DNA of 64,000 bases from Andalucia godoyi And28 (GCA_009859145.1 VRVR01000006.1:62001-126000), one strand, 5' to 3'; positions 1 to 11,076 are shown, counted from the stretch's first letter. Notes: generated by a model from the sequence alone, not told the origin. Translations and numbers: made by a program.

Positions 1-63
1 GCAGCCGGAGGAGAGGAGGTTTTTTTTTCCCGGTGTGTTTTATGCTAGAGTGGCTGGGGGAAA

Positions 64-1926
64 TCACTGTCGAAAACGGGCATGTGGTGCCGACATGGAG
101 GTGCCTTCGTCACGCACGAGCCGACACGGGTTTCCTTTGAGACTGAGTTCGAACTGCTTCTGCTCAAGCAGCAGCGTCCCTTTGCGCCGGATTGCTTCGA
201 CATCCGCAAAAGAATTGCCTACCGCAAACAGCAAACAGTACTCATTGCGCAGATTGCAGTATGGAAAAATACCGGATGCTCGTGATGGACGGAGGTGTTG
301 TGGGCCTGCTAGCGTCCGCACATTGCTAAGTCGGTCAACCGGATGCAGCTGCAGTTTGTGCTCCTTCAAAAGTTCCCAGATGTCATCCGAGGAAAGGTCC
401 AAAGGTGGCAAAAGCCATGCACAGAATGGTCTTCCGGGAGCAATCTGGGCAGAAAAGAGCTTCACCAAGTGCGCGGCGCTGAATCTTCCCAGACGAATAT
501 CGACGAGAATCGGCTCTTCGTCCTCTGCACAACATTCATACTCACCATCTTCACCACATCCCTTAGAAGATATGAACTCGAATTCGCCTGGTCCTACAGG
601 TGCTAGGAGAAACAAGAGGCTTGTTGCAATGCAGTAGCATTTTCGGATGAAAGATAGACTTTTTCTGCAAGGCAGCCAGGCAACGGAATCTCCTCCGGAC
701 TCCGCATGCTCGTGGTCGAGAATATCTTGCACCAGTGTGGTCTTCATGGAATGGACAACATGAGTTCGACGAACCAAACGCGCGCTTCGAAATCTTTGGA
801 GCAGCACTGGACCATATTCCAGGAAATTCGTCGCCAGCTCTTGGCCGCGAGAACGATCCCAAATCCTCTGCATATGATCTGCCGCACATTGCGGATTACA
901 CTCGCTGCCCCCATTGCTGCTGCTGCTGCTATCCGTAAACAAGCTAATGGTTGCCGGAGGATGACCAAAGCCAAGGGCAGGCTTCATCACGAGCGCTGCT
1001 CTATGCGAGCCAGCGAGACTCTCCTTGGTCTCGGCTAGCGGCGATGCCTGTGCCTTCTGATCCTCGAGAAATGATGCTCCAAGTTGCATGAATGCTCGCT
1101 CAACTTCTTCTACTGTTTGGCAATACCATCCTTCAATCACATTTCCGATGCAGTTATCGCTCAGGAACTTGGAAATGCTGAATCTCCACGGAAAATCAAT
1201 CGGTGGATGCAGAATGCCGCGCTGACAGAATTCTGCTAGCGATTGTTCGTGGTCTCCCATAATCCTGACGCTGTGCTCCGTGCACCGACCGCAAACTTCG
1301 TGCATCCACTTCTGCGATCCTTCGAACAGTCCGGAATAAGGAACAATGCAGAACGACGCATTGGGCGGGAACCCCTCGATATAATCCACGAAGTAATCCA
1401 CAAGTTCGGACTGGATGTCATCGTCCACGACGAGATTCTTCCCAGATGTCCACAGGAACTGGTCATCTTTGAGATCCAGCAACCTGCTGCAGAACTGCAC
1501 ATGTTCCCAAATCGCGACGTTGTCTTTGGGTAGGACTGCCTTGTCAATACCCGATCGCAACAAGGGGATCGTCCGAGCAGGATGCACCACCTGATGTTTC
1601 ACCACAAGTTCTCTATTCCCTCCTGATCCAGTGCGTGTCGTCTGCATCGTGTGACTGGGCAACGAGCAGTGTGCCCAAATGTGCATTCCAGGCCCAATTA
1701 CCTTCTCTGGACATATTGAATAGGATATCACAATCTTTCCTTTTAATCCCTGATGAACAGCCTTCTTCTTTGTTTCATCCACAACTGCCTCTATTTTCTC
1801 GAAATTTGTTCTCGATCGCGAAGTAAACTCAATCGCATGTGCCGCAGAGCTCCGTCGAAACGACCCTCGACGCTCTTCAAGCTGCAGCTCGTTGATTCGC
1901 AGCGATCCTTCCACTGCACTCTCCAT
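64..1926 (-). CDS. Hypothetical 620-aa protein with degenerate ATP-grasp-like motifs
   Basis: Long uninterrupted ORF. Motifs QTVEEVERAF, VMKPALGFG, PVLLQRF, GEFEF and ILVDIRLGRF occur in the order and spacing of the ATP-grasp lid, nucleotide-binding and E-x-N-x-R-like segments. Confidence 0.55.
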   Translation of the reverse strand: MESAVEGSLRINELQLEERRGSFRRSSAAHAIEFTSRSRTNFEKIEAVVDETKKKAVHQGLKGKIVISYSICPEKVIGPGMHIWAHCSLPSHTMQTTRTGSGGNRELVVKHQVVHPARTIPLLRSGIDKAVLPKDNVAIWEHVQFCSRLLDLKDDQFLWTSGKNLVVDDDIQSELVDYFVDYIEGFPPNASFCIVPYSGLFEGSQKWMHEVCGRCTEHSVRIMGDHEQSLAEFCQRGILHPPIDFPWRFSISKFLSDNCIGNVIEGWYCQTVEEVERAFMQLGASFLEDQKAQASPLAETKESLAGSHRAALVMKPALGFGHPPATISLFTDSSSSSNGGSECNPQCAADHMQRIWDRSRGQELATNFLEYGPVLLQRFRSARLVRRTHVVHSMKTTLVQDILDHEHAESGGDSVAWLPCRKSLSFIRKCYCIATSLLFLLAPVGPGEFEFISSKGCGEDGEYECCAEDEEPILVDIRLGRFSAAHLVKLFSAQIAPGRPFCAWLLPPLDLSSDDIWELLKEHKLQLHPVDRLSNVRTLAGPQHLRPSRASGIFPYCNLRNEYCLLFAVGNSFADVEAIRRKGTLLLEQKQFELSLKGNPCRLVRDEGTSMSAPHARFRQ

Positions 1927-2332
1927 ACTGTTCTTTCTATTCCTTTTCCTCGCTCCCGATCTGTGTGCAAATTGAGACGAGCACGTGAGAAAAAGAAAAA
2001 GGCATTAAATCAAACAACAACAAACTCATGCTCGGAGAAAATACGCGGGTTTTCTGAACGAAGAACGAGGAACGAGGGACAGGGGACGGGGGACGGGGAC
2101 TGGCAGAAAACCCATCGAGAGAGGGAAAGAAAAAGAAAAATCTGGAAAAAACCGTGCAACTCGCATTGAACTTCAACCTCTGCTGAACTGGTCAACTGGA
2201 ACCCGTCATTTCCGCTTTGAGGAAAAAACATCCAGACACGACTTGTTCGCTTTCCTCCTGCAAATCCGAAACTACAGTCTACACTTACAGAAACACACCC
2301 GAGTGTTTTTTCTTACTATTCAAAGTATCTTC

Positions 2333-2334
<2 letters not shown>

Positions 2335-2386
<52 letters not shown>
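2335..2386. repeat. (TTA)n microsatellite
   Basis: Perfect TTA tandem run in the divergent intergenic region. Confidence 0.95.
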
Positions 2387-2387
<1 letters not shown>

Positions 2388-2472
2388 TGCTTCTTTTCGT
2401 ATTCACGCAGAACATCAAGAGGGAAAAAGAAGAAGAAGAAAAAACAAAACAAAAAATAATAATATAATAACA

Positions 2473-3414
2473 ATGGGAATGTTTCGACTATTCCGGGCAC
2501 TGCGTTCCTCAGATCCTCCGCGAATTACTCCACTCATTCATTATGTGCAGTCGACGCGGGCATCCGTGGATTCCGCACCGAAAGGCCGAAATATTTCCGA
2601 CTCGATCGCGATTTCGTTTACTTCGCACTTGGACGCCGTTGATTCTCTTCTAGAGTCGTCACTGAATTCCAAAATTGCCGTTGCAGATCCATTTGTTCCA
2701 AAGCGTGAGGCGACCGATTCCGCTCCCGCAATGAATGGCACTCCTGCAACTGCGTCAGATGTAACTGCGCTCAATCCGTCGACGCTCGACGATGACCTGC
2801 CGACTCCTGACGCGAGTGTTTTAAGCGTTAGTGTCGAAGCAGATGTGCAGACGAGCATGCAGCCCTGTCTAGCGGAGCCATCGAGGACCATTCCTGTGGA
2901 GTATTCGGATGCATGCTATGACATGCGGAGTCTCGATCCTCTGTTTTTGCGAAGTATGACCAGCGCACGACTTGTTTCGTACAAGGGAAAAGACTACGTG
3001 GCAAACACATTTGGGCCTCCTGCGTCTGATGCGATGCTAAATTACAGATCAAATGGTTTAGAAAACCTTGCGGACACGAATGCTGAGTATGTGTATGACT
3101 ACCTGCTGTCTTGGCAATCGACCCCTGGGCTGACGCAGTTTGCGGAAGACCTGGACCGGCTTGTCACGGAGGTGGTGTGGAAGAAATGGTACAAGTTTGA
3201 ACGGGGGGCGACGCTAAACCAGCTTCTGCAGGTGCGGGAACTCGTTGAAAAACACCCGGAAATTGTGGACCAAGTGAGGGAGAAGGGCTGGCTTTACTCG
3301 TCGGCGCTGCAGGTCCCGGAGCGAATGCGGACCGTTTTTCCAGATTCCAAGCGCCGAGTGTACGCGCATTCGTGGGCAGACATGTTCCGTGGAGGTCTCG
3401 AGTACTGGACCTGA
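2473..3414 (+). CDS. Hypothetical 313-aa protein, possibly mitochondrion-targeted
   Basis: Single ORF with an Arg/Ser/hydrophobic N-terminus (MFRLFRALRSS), a low-complexity linker and a globular aromatic-rich C-terminal half. No family recognised. Confidence 0.7.
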   Translation: MGMFRLFRALRSSDPPRITPLIHYVQSTRASVDSAPKGRNISDSIAISFTSHLDAVDSLLESSLNSKIAVADPFVPKREATDSAPAMNGTPATASDVTALNPSTLDDDLPTPDASVLSVSVEADVQTSMQPCLAEPSRTIPVEYSDACYDMRSLDPLFLRSMTSARLVSYKGKDYVANTFGPPASDAMLNYRSNGLENLADTNAEYVYDYLLSWQSTPGLTQFAEDLDRLVTEVVWKKWYKFERGATLNQLLQVRELVEKHPEIVDQVREKGWLYSSALQVPERMRTVFPDSKRRVYAHSWADMFRGGLEYWT

Positions 3415-4012
3415 TCTTGCTTGGTTTTGCAATCGGTCGGAGAACACCGTGCAATATGTGTGCACGTGCACTGTACATACTTGTGTATTTAGTCGTATTA
3501 ATGGCGAATTGTTATTGCTCGCGGATATTCATTTATTCTTTCACTGAGCAGCGAGCATAGGTAAGACCTGAATCGCTCTTTTTCTTCTTTTTTTCTTTCA
3601 TTCTTCCTTCCTTATCGGCCGGAAAACCTACACAGTATTAAAACGAAGCTAAATTATACATCCCAAGAGCAAGGAAGGAAACAGACCCAATTTAAAAAAA
3701 AAAAAAGGGAGCACAGTCGACGTTGTTAGAAACCCCTCAAAGTACAGACGCAACAAGCTTCCAATTCACACCCCGAAGAAAAAAAGACGAAGCGAGAAAT
3801 GGAGAGTAAGACAAATGGGAAAACATGGAAAAATCACCATGAGCGCAACGGAAACCCCCACACAGACCTGCACACCATTGCCATCATTATGCATGCACAA
3901 CAACAGCAACAGCAATAACAATAACCAAAAAAAAAAAAAAAAAAAAGAAAAGAAAACATCATTGCAACTGGATTGCCGCCAATATAATTAACAAAGCAAA
4001 CAAACAACCGAG

Positions 4013-4982
4013 TTACGAAACTTCTTTGCGATGCTGACGCAAAATGGGTGTGATGTGTTTGAATGCTCGTCCAATGTCCTCGATGTTCTTCGCACCTGTG
4101 AGCACAACCTTTCCAGAAACGAAGATCAGTAACACAACCTTTGGAGAAATCATCTTGTACACCAGACCGGGGAACAGCTCCGGCTCGTACAGCGCAAGCC
4201 CGCCCTTGGTCTCATCAAACAAGCGCTCCAATCGAATGGGGAATCGCATGTCTGCCGTCGCAACCATATTCTGGATTTTAAAGTCCTTGAAAGAAACGTC
4301 ATTGTAGCTCGGATTAATGCGCTGAATCACTCGCGCAAACTTCCGGCCTGCAGTCAATGCAGAATCCGTGGTCTTCGCTCCTGTGACAACCAGCTTTCCA
4401 GACGAAAAGATGAGTGCCGTCGCTTTCGGATCTCTCAAACGCATAATCACAGCAGCAAAACGCTACACATGGAATCAAAAGGAACAGAAAATAAAAGAAA
4501 AGCAAACCAACAACCAACACACAAAAACGCCATCATAAGTGCACTTTCTCAACTACCACCACCACAACGACAACAACGACAACCCCAAAAAAAAAAAAAA
4601 ACCAGAAAGAAAGTACTCGAAAGCTAAAAAGAACAAGCAAGCACAGGCAGCCCAACACATACCTTTGGATTATACTCTGTGTTTCGTGCCTTTTGCGCAA
4701 TCTCAGGCAAGTCAAGTGGCATTCCAAGATTGACAGTGCAGACCATGTTTCTATAAGAATTTACGAACCCAGTAAAAAACACATAAATGACATAAAAAAG
4801 CAAATTAGATTAAAAATCATTCAAAGATCACCCACGGCGGGGGGCAAGAGCGAGAGTCAGAACGAAACGGGCGGGTGCAAAAGGACAAATGATACATACG
4901 TTACGACAAACTGGGTTTCCTGCTCATGCGCTGCCGTTGCAGTCGGAAACGGGGTCTGGATAGAAGGCGCTGCCGAAGACAT
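4013..4982 (-). CDS. TBP: TATA-box binding protein, 3 exons
   Basis: Spliced product reads ...[14 protein letters not shown]...RNTEYNPK|[23 protein letters not shown]...YEPELFPGL. Two GTATGT...TAG introns (about 4897-4750 and 4660-4465); ATG at 4982. Confidence 0.97.
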
Positions 4983-5344
4983 CGTTAAACACAAGAGAGA
5001 ACGGAAGAGACGAATGCGGTCTAAACAGGGAAAGACAAGAAGAAGAAAGAAGAAAGAAGAAAGAAGAAGGAGAAGAAGGAGAAGAAGAAGAGAAGGAGGA
5101 GGAAAGGACGCAAAGGAAGGAAACACTGGTGTGAATGTGAATTGAATGACGAAAAAACGGGCAAAACACAAAAAGATGATCGACATTTGTCGCCGCTGGA
5201 GAGCCAGAGTTATTATGTTTTAATTTTTTGATAGTTTGCTTTACGGTGAACAGGCACAGAGAAAAGCAAAGATGAAAACAGCTCAAAGACGTGATGGAAT
5301 GGACATGGACACCATTAGGTTGACGTGTAGGTAAACGAGGCAGG

Positions 5345-6481
5345 GTGATGTCAGGTGCCAAAGGATGGGGTCATCGGACAAGAACTGCGTGGATTGATTG
5401 GGCGGAATGGGTGAATGTATACTGCGAGTTGTTTCCAAATGCTGCTTCACCTCTTCGCCCCGGACACGATGCAGTCTGCAACCCGATAGTGATGTTGCTG
5501 GAATGGAGATCTCGCGCTCCATTGCAGCATGCGGTCTCATCAACGCTGGATTTCACACTTTTGCTTTCTAAACTGCAGCGCGGGTCGCACACCGTCCTTG
5601 AGTTGCACGAAACGCGCCTTGCATTCGCGGCTGCAATTGTTCGGTTCGTGAATGGTGCGTGCGATCCGTTGTTGTCCATGTCTTCCATCCGAAAAGGGAA
5701 CGACGATATCTCGGCGGTGGCGAGAGACAATGGCGACCACGAAGATTGTACCGCAGAAGTTCCAGAAAGAGATCAGGAGCAGACAGAAGGAAATGAGCAA
5801 GAGGGAGAGGAGGATGGGGATGATGGTGAAGAAGCAGAAGAAGGGAGAAGAAGAGGAGCTGAAAAACGACGGCCCAAGGGCAGTGCCGTCCGTGGAAATG
5901 GAGGCACTGGCACGTCGATCTTGGCACTTGCAAAACGAATTGGCATTCCCAGCTTCCTTGTAGCCCTGCGCCATTCATGCACGCATTCCGCATTACCAGT
6001 CACAGACTCGTTGATTGCGGGAGCATCTGCAGCGCTAGATTGGTGCAGAATGAGGTATTGGAATCCGCAGTTCGATTTGCTGGTCCAAAACAAGGTCGTG
6101 AATCCAGATGGTACAATGGTTCACGAAAAGACTGCCGTGTTGCAGAGTGTTCCGGCAGACCCTTCCAAAAGCTGGGTGCTGGTCAAGTCTTGGAAGCCGT
6201 GTCCTCTCGGGTCCATCATCCAAGCTGTTCCTCATGCATTTGCTGCGTACGAAGATAAGGATGAGCAGCGTGATGCCGCCGGCTCTCTCGGGAAATCGTT
6301 GCACACGGTTTTGCCGTCTATCTCATTGTCTACCCAGGGTATGCATACGTCAGTTCATGGATCCGACAGACCGTCAGCTTCGACGCTCATGTCGACGGTG
6401 ACCGATGAAGCTGCGGCAGATGTGTCCCTTGTTCCTGCGCCAGCGCCGAAACGCAAACTGGTCGTGCGAAATCTTCTGTGA
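5345..6481 (+). CDS. LAS1: Las1-like pre-rRNA ITS2 endonuclease
   Basis: W..W.EW..V, LLEWRSR, AIVRFVNG and IGIP..LVALRHSCTH (HEPN R-H-x3-H) motifs. Confidence 0.9.
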   Translation: MMSGAKGWGHRTRTAWIDWAEWVNVYCELFPNAASPLRPGHDAVCNPIVMLLEWRSRAPLQHAVSSTLDFTLLLSKLQRGSHTVLELHETRLAFAAAIVRFVNGACDPLLSMSSIRKGNDDISAVARDNGDHEDCTAEVPERDQEQTEGNEQEGEEDGDDGEEAEEGRRRGAEKRRPKGSAVRGNGGTGTSILALAKRIGIPSFLVALRHSCTHSALPVTDSLIAGASAALDWCRMRYWNPQFDLLVQNKVVNPDGTMVHEKTAVLQSVPADPSKSWVLVKSWKPCPLGSIIQAVPHAFAAYEDKDEQRDAAGSLGKSLHTVLPSISLSTQGMHTSVHGSDRPSASTLMSTVTDEAAADVSLVPAPAPKRKLVVRNLL

Positions 6482-6550
6482 CACGGATTGGGGAACATGG
6501 AGCAAATCCGCCGATCATTTTTGTAATTATAATTATAATTATTAATTCAT

Positions 6551-7780
6551 TTAGTGCTGTACAACATGAAATTCTGGAAAGAGTGACAGAAAGAATGCGC
6601 TGACGACAGTCGTGACAGACGATCCCTGTATGACCCCGTTCTCCGATATCCCTGGCGCCACCGCCACTCTGTTATTTTCTGTGATCGCAGAGTAAATCTT
6701 GTGGGTTACCCACGCACCGAGGAAGTCCTTGGCCGAAAAAAACACAGCGAGCGCAAATACTGTGCAGATTCCAAACCAAGAAAACACGAATGTCGGGAAA
6801 AACAAGGAAAATAGAATAAAAGTGCGAATTAGCAATTTCGCAAACGAAGGAAATCCATGCTGTGCTTGTTCTGCTGGGGGCCGTTGCTGCTGTTGCTGCT
6901 GCTGCTGTTGTTGTTGTTGCTGCTGCTGTTGCGGTTGCTGTGGATTATCCACAGGTTGTTGCAGAGGCGGCGGAAACCCAGGATTTTGCTGTTGCCCAGC
7001 AACGACATTGACGTTAAAATTGGCGCTGTTGTTCTCGTTTCGGGTGCTACTTCCACCATTCGGCACTTCCGAGTTCGAGTCGCGATTGCGACTGCGATTC
7101 TGCAGCGAATTTGCATCCTGCAAAATCATCGCTCGGATTCTTTCGATCGCATCCGGATTCGGTTCGCCCCGCTCATTCAGCAACTCCGGGTTACTTTGAA
7201 CAAGTTGCCGCATTCTTTCGACAATTCTCTGCATGTCCTGCGGATTCATAGGAGGGCCTTGAAGTTGAAACTGTACACGAACTTGTGGGGATGGATGAGG
7301 TTGAGATGCCGCTTGAACGGCAGCGGACGCATTCTGTGTCGAAGCAGAAGGAGAAACAACAGGAAGTGGTGCTGGCGAAACAGCAGGCAAGGGTGAAGAC
7401 GAAATCGAAGTCAATCCTGACCCTGACCCTGACCCTGACCCTGACCCTGACCCTGACCCTGCTGCTGACGCGAGCTCGGGAGGATTCGACAAGGCTGGAG
7501 CATCGAGCGGTCGGAACACCATGTGAAGCGTAACGGAATCCGTGACAGTCCTGAAGACATCTTGCAGAATTGCAGAATCAGACAAGATTTTTCCTTGGAA
7601 AATGAGCTTGAGAGACTCTACAGAACCAGAAACCGCAACCAGCGCCAAGATACGAGACTTGAGACTCGCCACAGACTCTGAAACCGGCGCAGACAGCTCG
7701 AGTTCACTTCTTTGTGCAATGCCTCCTGCATCCGAACGAATCCAAAACACCCGCACCAAAATGGAACTGTCAGAACTCAT
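6551..7780 (-). CDS. Ubiquitin-like-domain membrane protein (HERP/Usa1-like architecture)
   Basis: N-terminal UBL (SVASLK...LKLIFQGKIL.D...VTLHMV), GS and polyQ low-complexity linker, C-terminal hydrophobic segments. Likely start is MSSDSS at 7780. Confidence 0.7.
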   Translation of the reverse strand: MSSDSSILVRVFWIRSDAGGIAQRSELELSAPVSESVASLKSRILALVAVSGSVESLKLIFQGKILSDSAILQDVFRTVTDSVTLHMVFRPLDAPALSNPPELASAAGSGSGSGSGSGSGSGLTSISSSPLPAVSPAPLPVVSPSASTQNASAAVQAASQPHPSPQVRVQFQLQGPPMNPQDMQRIVERMRQLVQSNPELLNERGEPNPDAIERIRAMILQDANSLQNRSRNRDSNSEVPNGGSSTRNENNSANFNVNVVAGQQQNPGFPPPLQQPVDNPQQPQQQQQQQQQQQQQQQQRPPAEQAQHGFPSFAKLLIRTFILFSLFFPTFVFSWFGICTVFALAVFFSAKDFLGAWVTHKIYSAITENNRVAVAPGISENGVIQGSSVTTVVSAFFLSLFPEFHVVQH

Positions 7781-8166
7781 TGACTGGACGATCAAGACAC
7801 AAGAACAACAACGAACGATCGCTACAGATACCACGTCTTTTCTCACACCAATGTATATATGTATAGGTATTGGTCAAACGTGAATCAAACCAAAAAGGAG
7901 AAGACCTCAGGAAGTGGCGGGGACGGCAGCCTTTTAAACCCGAAAGTTGCATACGTGGCCATTTTCCACTACAGTTGGTTTTTTGTTGGAGGGGGAGCCC
8001 GCAAGTTGGCAAAACGGAGTCTCCCGCTGTTCGACAATCGACAACCTGGAGCCCGGAAGAGGAACAGCCAACGCTCAATAGGCAGACGCACTGACGCAGC
8101 AACGGACTGAGAGTTCTCTTGTGCGTGGTCACGAACGAGGGGTAGGTCGGTGCAGAAAGGTGCGTG

Positions 8167-8678
8167 ATGGGCAGTCAGAACAGAGAGGAACAGGATGATG
8201 CAGTTCCAGTCCTCGACTTCACCGATGAACACATCTCGGTTCTTCTTGCAGAGTTTTCGAAACTTGATCCCGGTGTGTGCTCTTCCAGTTTTCATCTCGT
8301 TGTTTTCCTTTTTTTTTTCCAGCTCAACTCCACATAGGCATGCTGTTGCTGTTATTTATTTACTTTTTTACGTTAATTATTACATTTTCATTGTGGATAG
8401 ACGGAACGGGAAGAGTTGCGGTGAGCGCAATGCGCGGTTTTCTGTGCGAGTTATTCTCCGATATAACGCAGCTCGATCCGCAGCACCAAGTCGTGGTCAC
8501 GTGTGCCGAGCACAGTTTGAATGAGCTGCTGCAGTCCATCCACCGCGCAACACAGAGTACAGATATTACATTTCCGGAAACCCTGCAATGGCTCCGAACC
8601 GCCGTTCCGCAGTTTATCTTTTTCGCAGGACTTCTGATGCAATCCGAAGAGCAACAGCAACGACAGTCATCCACATGA
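8167..8678 (+). CDS. Small EF-hand protein, 2 exons
   Basis: Exon 1 8167-8272, intron GTGTGT..TAG 8273-8400, exon 2 8401-8678. Splicing creates FSKLDP-DGTGRVAVSAMRGFL, an EF-hand loop spanning the junction. Confidence 0.75.
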
Positions 8679-8831
8679 TGACGATGGCGATGATGCCCAT
8701 GCATGCGTTGGAAATGCTCTTGTGCTTTTTACAACAATTAAAAATATTTTATAGAGAAGAATGTTTAAAATAACAATAACAATAATTATAATTGAACAGC
8801 GTCAGCAGTACAATGGTGACCGATGGGAGCT

Positions 8832-9395
8832 TCATGATCGTTTCTTGGATACTTGTCGTGCATGCTGTTGTGTTGAAGGCTGTGAGACGTGAGACGGCGG
8901 TTGTTGTTGTTGCTTTGCAGAGGACGCATAAGAGGAAGAGGCGGCGCTTGGTGCTAGATGGAGAGAAGAAGGAGTTGCAGTCGCCAGTGCATTGCTGGGC
9001 ATGCTGTTGGCAGTGCTGCTGATATTTCTGTGGACGAGAGAATAAAGCAGCGGAAGACGGCGAGCTTCTCCGCTTGTTTTAACGGCACAGTGCGATTCAA
9101 GAGCATCGCGACTTGCTTCGGCAGCCGGTTGATGTGCTTCGGCCAACAATACACTTAGAGAATGGTCGTAGTGGTGAAACTTGAGATACTCACGGATCAG
9201 CTCAGTGATGAGCAGAGACTCGATTGGGACATCGGAGCGCTTGGAATGATGGTCCGTCTTGCTAGGGTTCGCTGGAGAATCGTCATCTAAAACTGCGAAA
9301 ATCTCAGCTCGCAGTCGCGCGCGGACATCATCCAGCACTCCACGCTCCGTCAGATTCTCTCGCAGCGCATTCTTCAAATCATCAACAGTCGCCAT
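8832..9395 (-). CDS. CEP20: LisH-domain centrosomal protein FOR20/FOPNL
   Basis: MATVDDLK.AL.E.L..RGVL..VRARLRAEIF and LI.ELIREYL.FH.Y..SLSVL..E signature. Confidence 0.92.
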   Translation of the reverse strand: MATVDDLKNALRENLTERGVLDDVRARLRAEIFAVLDDDSPANPSKTDHHSKRSDVPIESLLITELIREYLKFHHYDHSLSVLLAEAHQPAAEASRDALESHCAVKTSGEARRLPLLYSLVHRNISSTANSMPSNALATATPSSLHLAPSAASSSYASSAKQQQQPPSHVSQPSTQQHARQVSKKRS

Positions 9396-9753
9396 TTCTA
9401 CAAAGATTCGCTACTTGGCCAAAAAAATATATGATTATTCAGTAAAAATAGTAACAAAGAAGAATAATCATAATAATCAGCAGAAAAACCGCACCTTTTC
9501 TCTCCAATGGCGTTTAACGCATCATGACTACAGTCGCGTCTGCAAAAAAGAAAAAAAAAAAAAGAAGAAGAAAGATGGAGAACACAAGAGCGACTGTAAA
9601 ACAGCAAATTATTACAGAGAAATCTGGTCGTGCATTTTTTCAAAACTAATTTTCATTAGCCCAAGAAAGCGCTTTCTTCGCGTCATTTTCTTTTTATAAA
9701 TTAAAAATAAATAAATAAATAAAATAAAAGATGATTTACATTTAAAAAGGAGA

Positions 9754-11076
9754 ATGTCAAGACAAGTGACGTCGATATCGGAGCTATGTGGAGCAAAAAT
9801 CGATTTTCTGGTCGTGGGTGCAGGAATCGTTGGACTATCGGTAGTGCGGGCGCTGCAGAAGGCGCATCCATTCGCTACAGTCGCCGTAGTGGAACGCGCG
9901 ACGACGCTTGGGGTCGATGCGTCGGGCCGCAACTCTGGAGTGATGCATGCGGGATTCTACTACGCGGTAGATTCGTTGAAAGCGCAGTTCTGCAGAAAGG
10001 GGAATGAGGAGTGGCGCCAATACTGTGAAGCACACCGCATTCCAATTCGGGCGTGTGGGAAGCTTGTCGTTGCACGGGGCAAGGAAGAGCTGGGGCCACT
10101 GGATCTGCTGTTGGAAAGAGGGCGATTGAATGGGTGCAGGGTCGAGAAAGTTTCTGCTTCCGAGGCAATGTCACTTGAGCCGAGCGCAAAGACGCACGAG
10201 TACGCATTGTGGAGTCCACAGACGTTCTCGCTGAACCCAAAGCAGGTTCTCGAGACGCTCTGCGACCAAGTGCGGAAGGCAGGGGCGATGGTCCGCATGG
10301 GATGCAGCGTAGTGGCGGAACGGCCTGTTTTGAACACAGATGGATGGATGACCGTGAAGGTGCAGGCGAGCATGGGGGAGGCAGAGGCAGGGGCAGGGGC
10401 AGGGGAAAAGAGGCAAGCAGTGCGGAGTTTGGAAACTCGAATGCTGATCAACTGCGCTGGGTTGTATGCAGACCATATTGCACATGCATGCGGCCACGGT
10501 CTCCAGTACACATTACTTCCTTTCAAGGGTCTTTACCTCAAGCATGTCGGAGAGGCTCCTTCTTTGCTGAAGCGGCACATCTATCCGGTGCCAAATTTGA
10601 AGAATCCGTTCCTGGGGACGCACTTCACATTAACGGCAGATGGACACGTGAAGATCGGTCCGACGGCAATCCCAGCGCTGTGGAGAAGGCAGTACGGAGG
10701 AATGGATCATTTCAGTTGGAAAGAACTCGCAGAGATTGCTGAAACGATCGCGAAACTCGCACTTTTCCCGTCGGATTCGTTTCGGTTCTGGAATCTCGCT
10801 ATTGGAGAATTGCAGAAATACTACAAGCCGTACCTCATCAAAAGTGCACAAGGTTTGGTGAATCAGCCGCTTAGTGCAGACGAATGGGAATGGACAGCTC
10901 CCGGAAACCGATCGCAGCTTTTCAACGGCATCTCCAATGGCCTGGAAATGGACTTTGTCGTGCACGGAGATGACAAAACAGTGCACGTTCTGAATGCAGT
11001 ATCCCCCGCATTCACCTGCGCATTTCCCTTTGCAGATCACATCGTGAACGCTGTGATTCCTCGATTCCGCAAGTGA
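9754..11076 (+). CDS. lhgO: L-2-hydroxyglutarate oxidase family FAD-dependent oxidoreductase (bacterial LhgO-like)
   Basis: GAGIVG Rossmann motif, ASGRNSGVMHAGFYY, NCAGLYAD, PFKGLY, IYPVP...PFLGTHFT and HVLNAVSPAFT. Confidence 0.9.
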   Translation: MSRQVTSISELCGAKIDFLVVGAGIVGLSVVRALQKAHPFATVAVVERATTLGVDASGRNSGVMHAGFYYAVDSLKAQFCRKGNEEWRQYCEAHRIPIRACGKLVVARGKEELGPLDLLLERGRLNGCRVEKVSASEAMSLEPSAKTHEYALWSPQTFSLNPKQVLETLCDQVRKAGAMVRMGCSVVAERPVLNTDGWMTVKVQASMGEAEAGAGAGEKRQAVRSLETRMLINCAGLYADHIAHACGHGLQYTLLPFKGLYLKHVGEAPSLLKRHIYPVPNLKNPFLGTHFTLTADGHVKIGPTAIPALWRRQYGGMDHFSWKELAEIAETIAKLALFPSDSFRFWNLAIGELQKYYKPYLIKSAQGLVNQPLSADEWEWTAPGNRSQLFNGISNGLEMDFVVHGDDKTVHVLNAVSPAFTCAFPFADHIVNAVIPRFRK

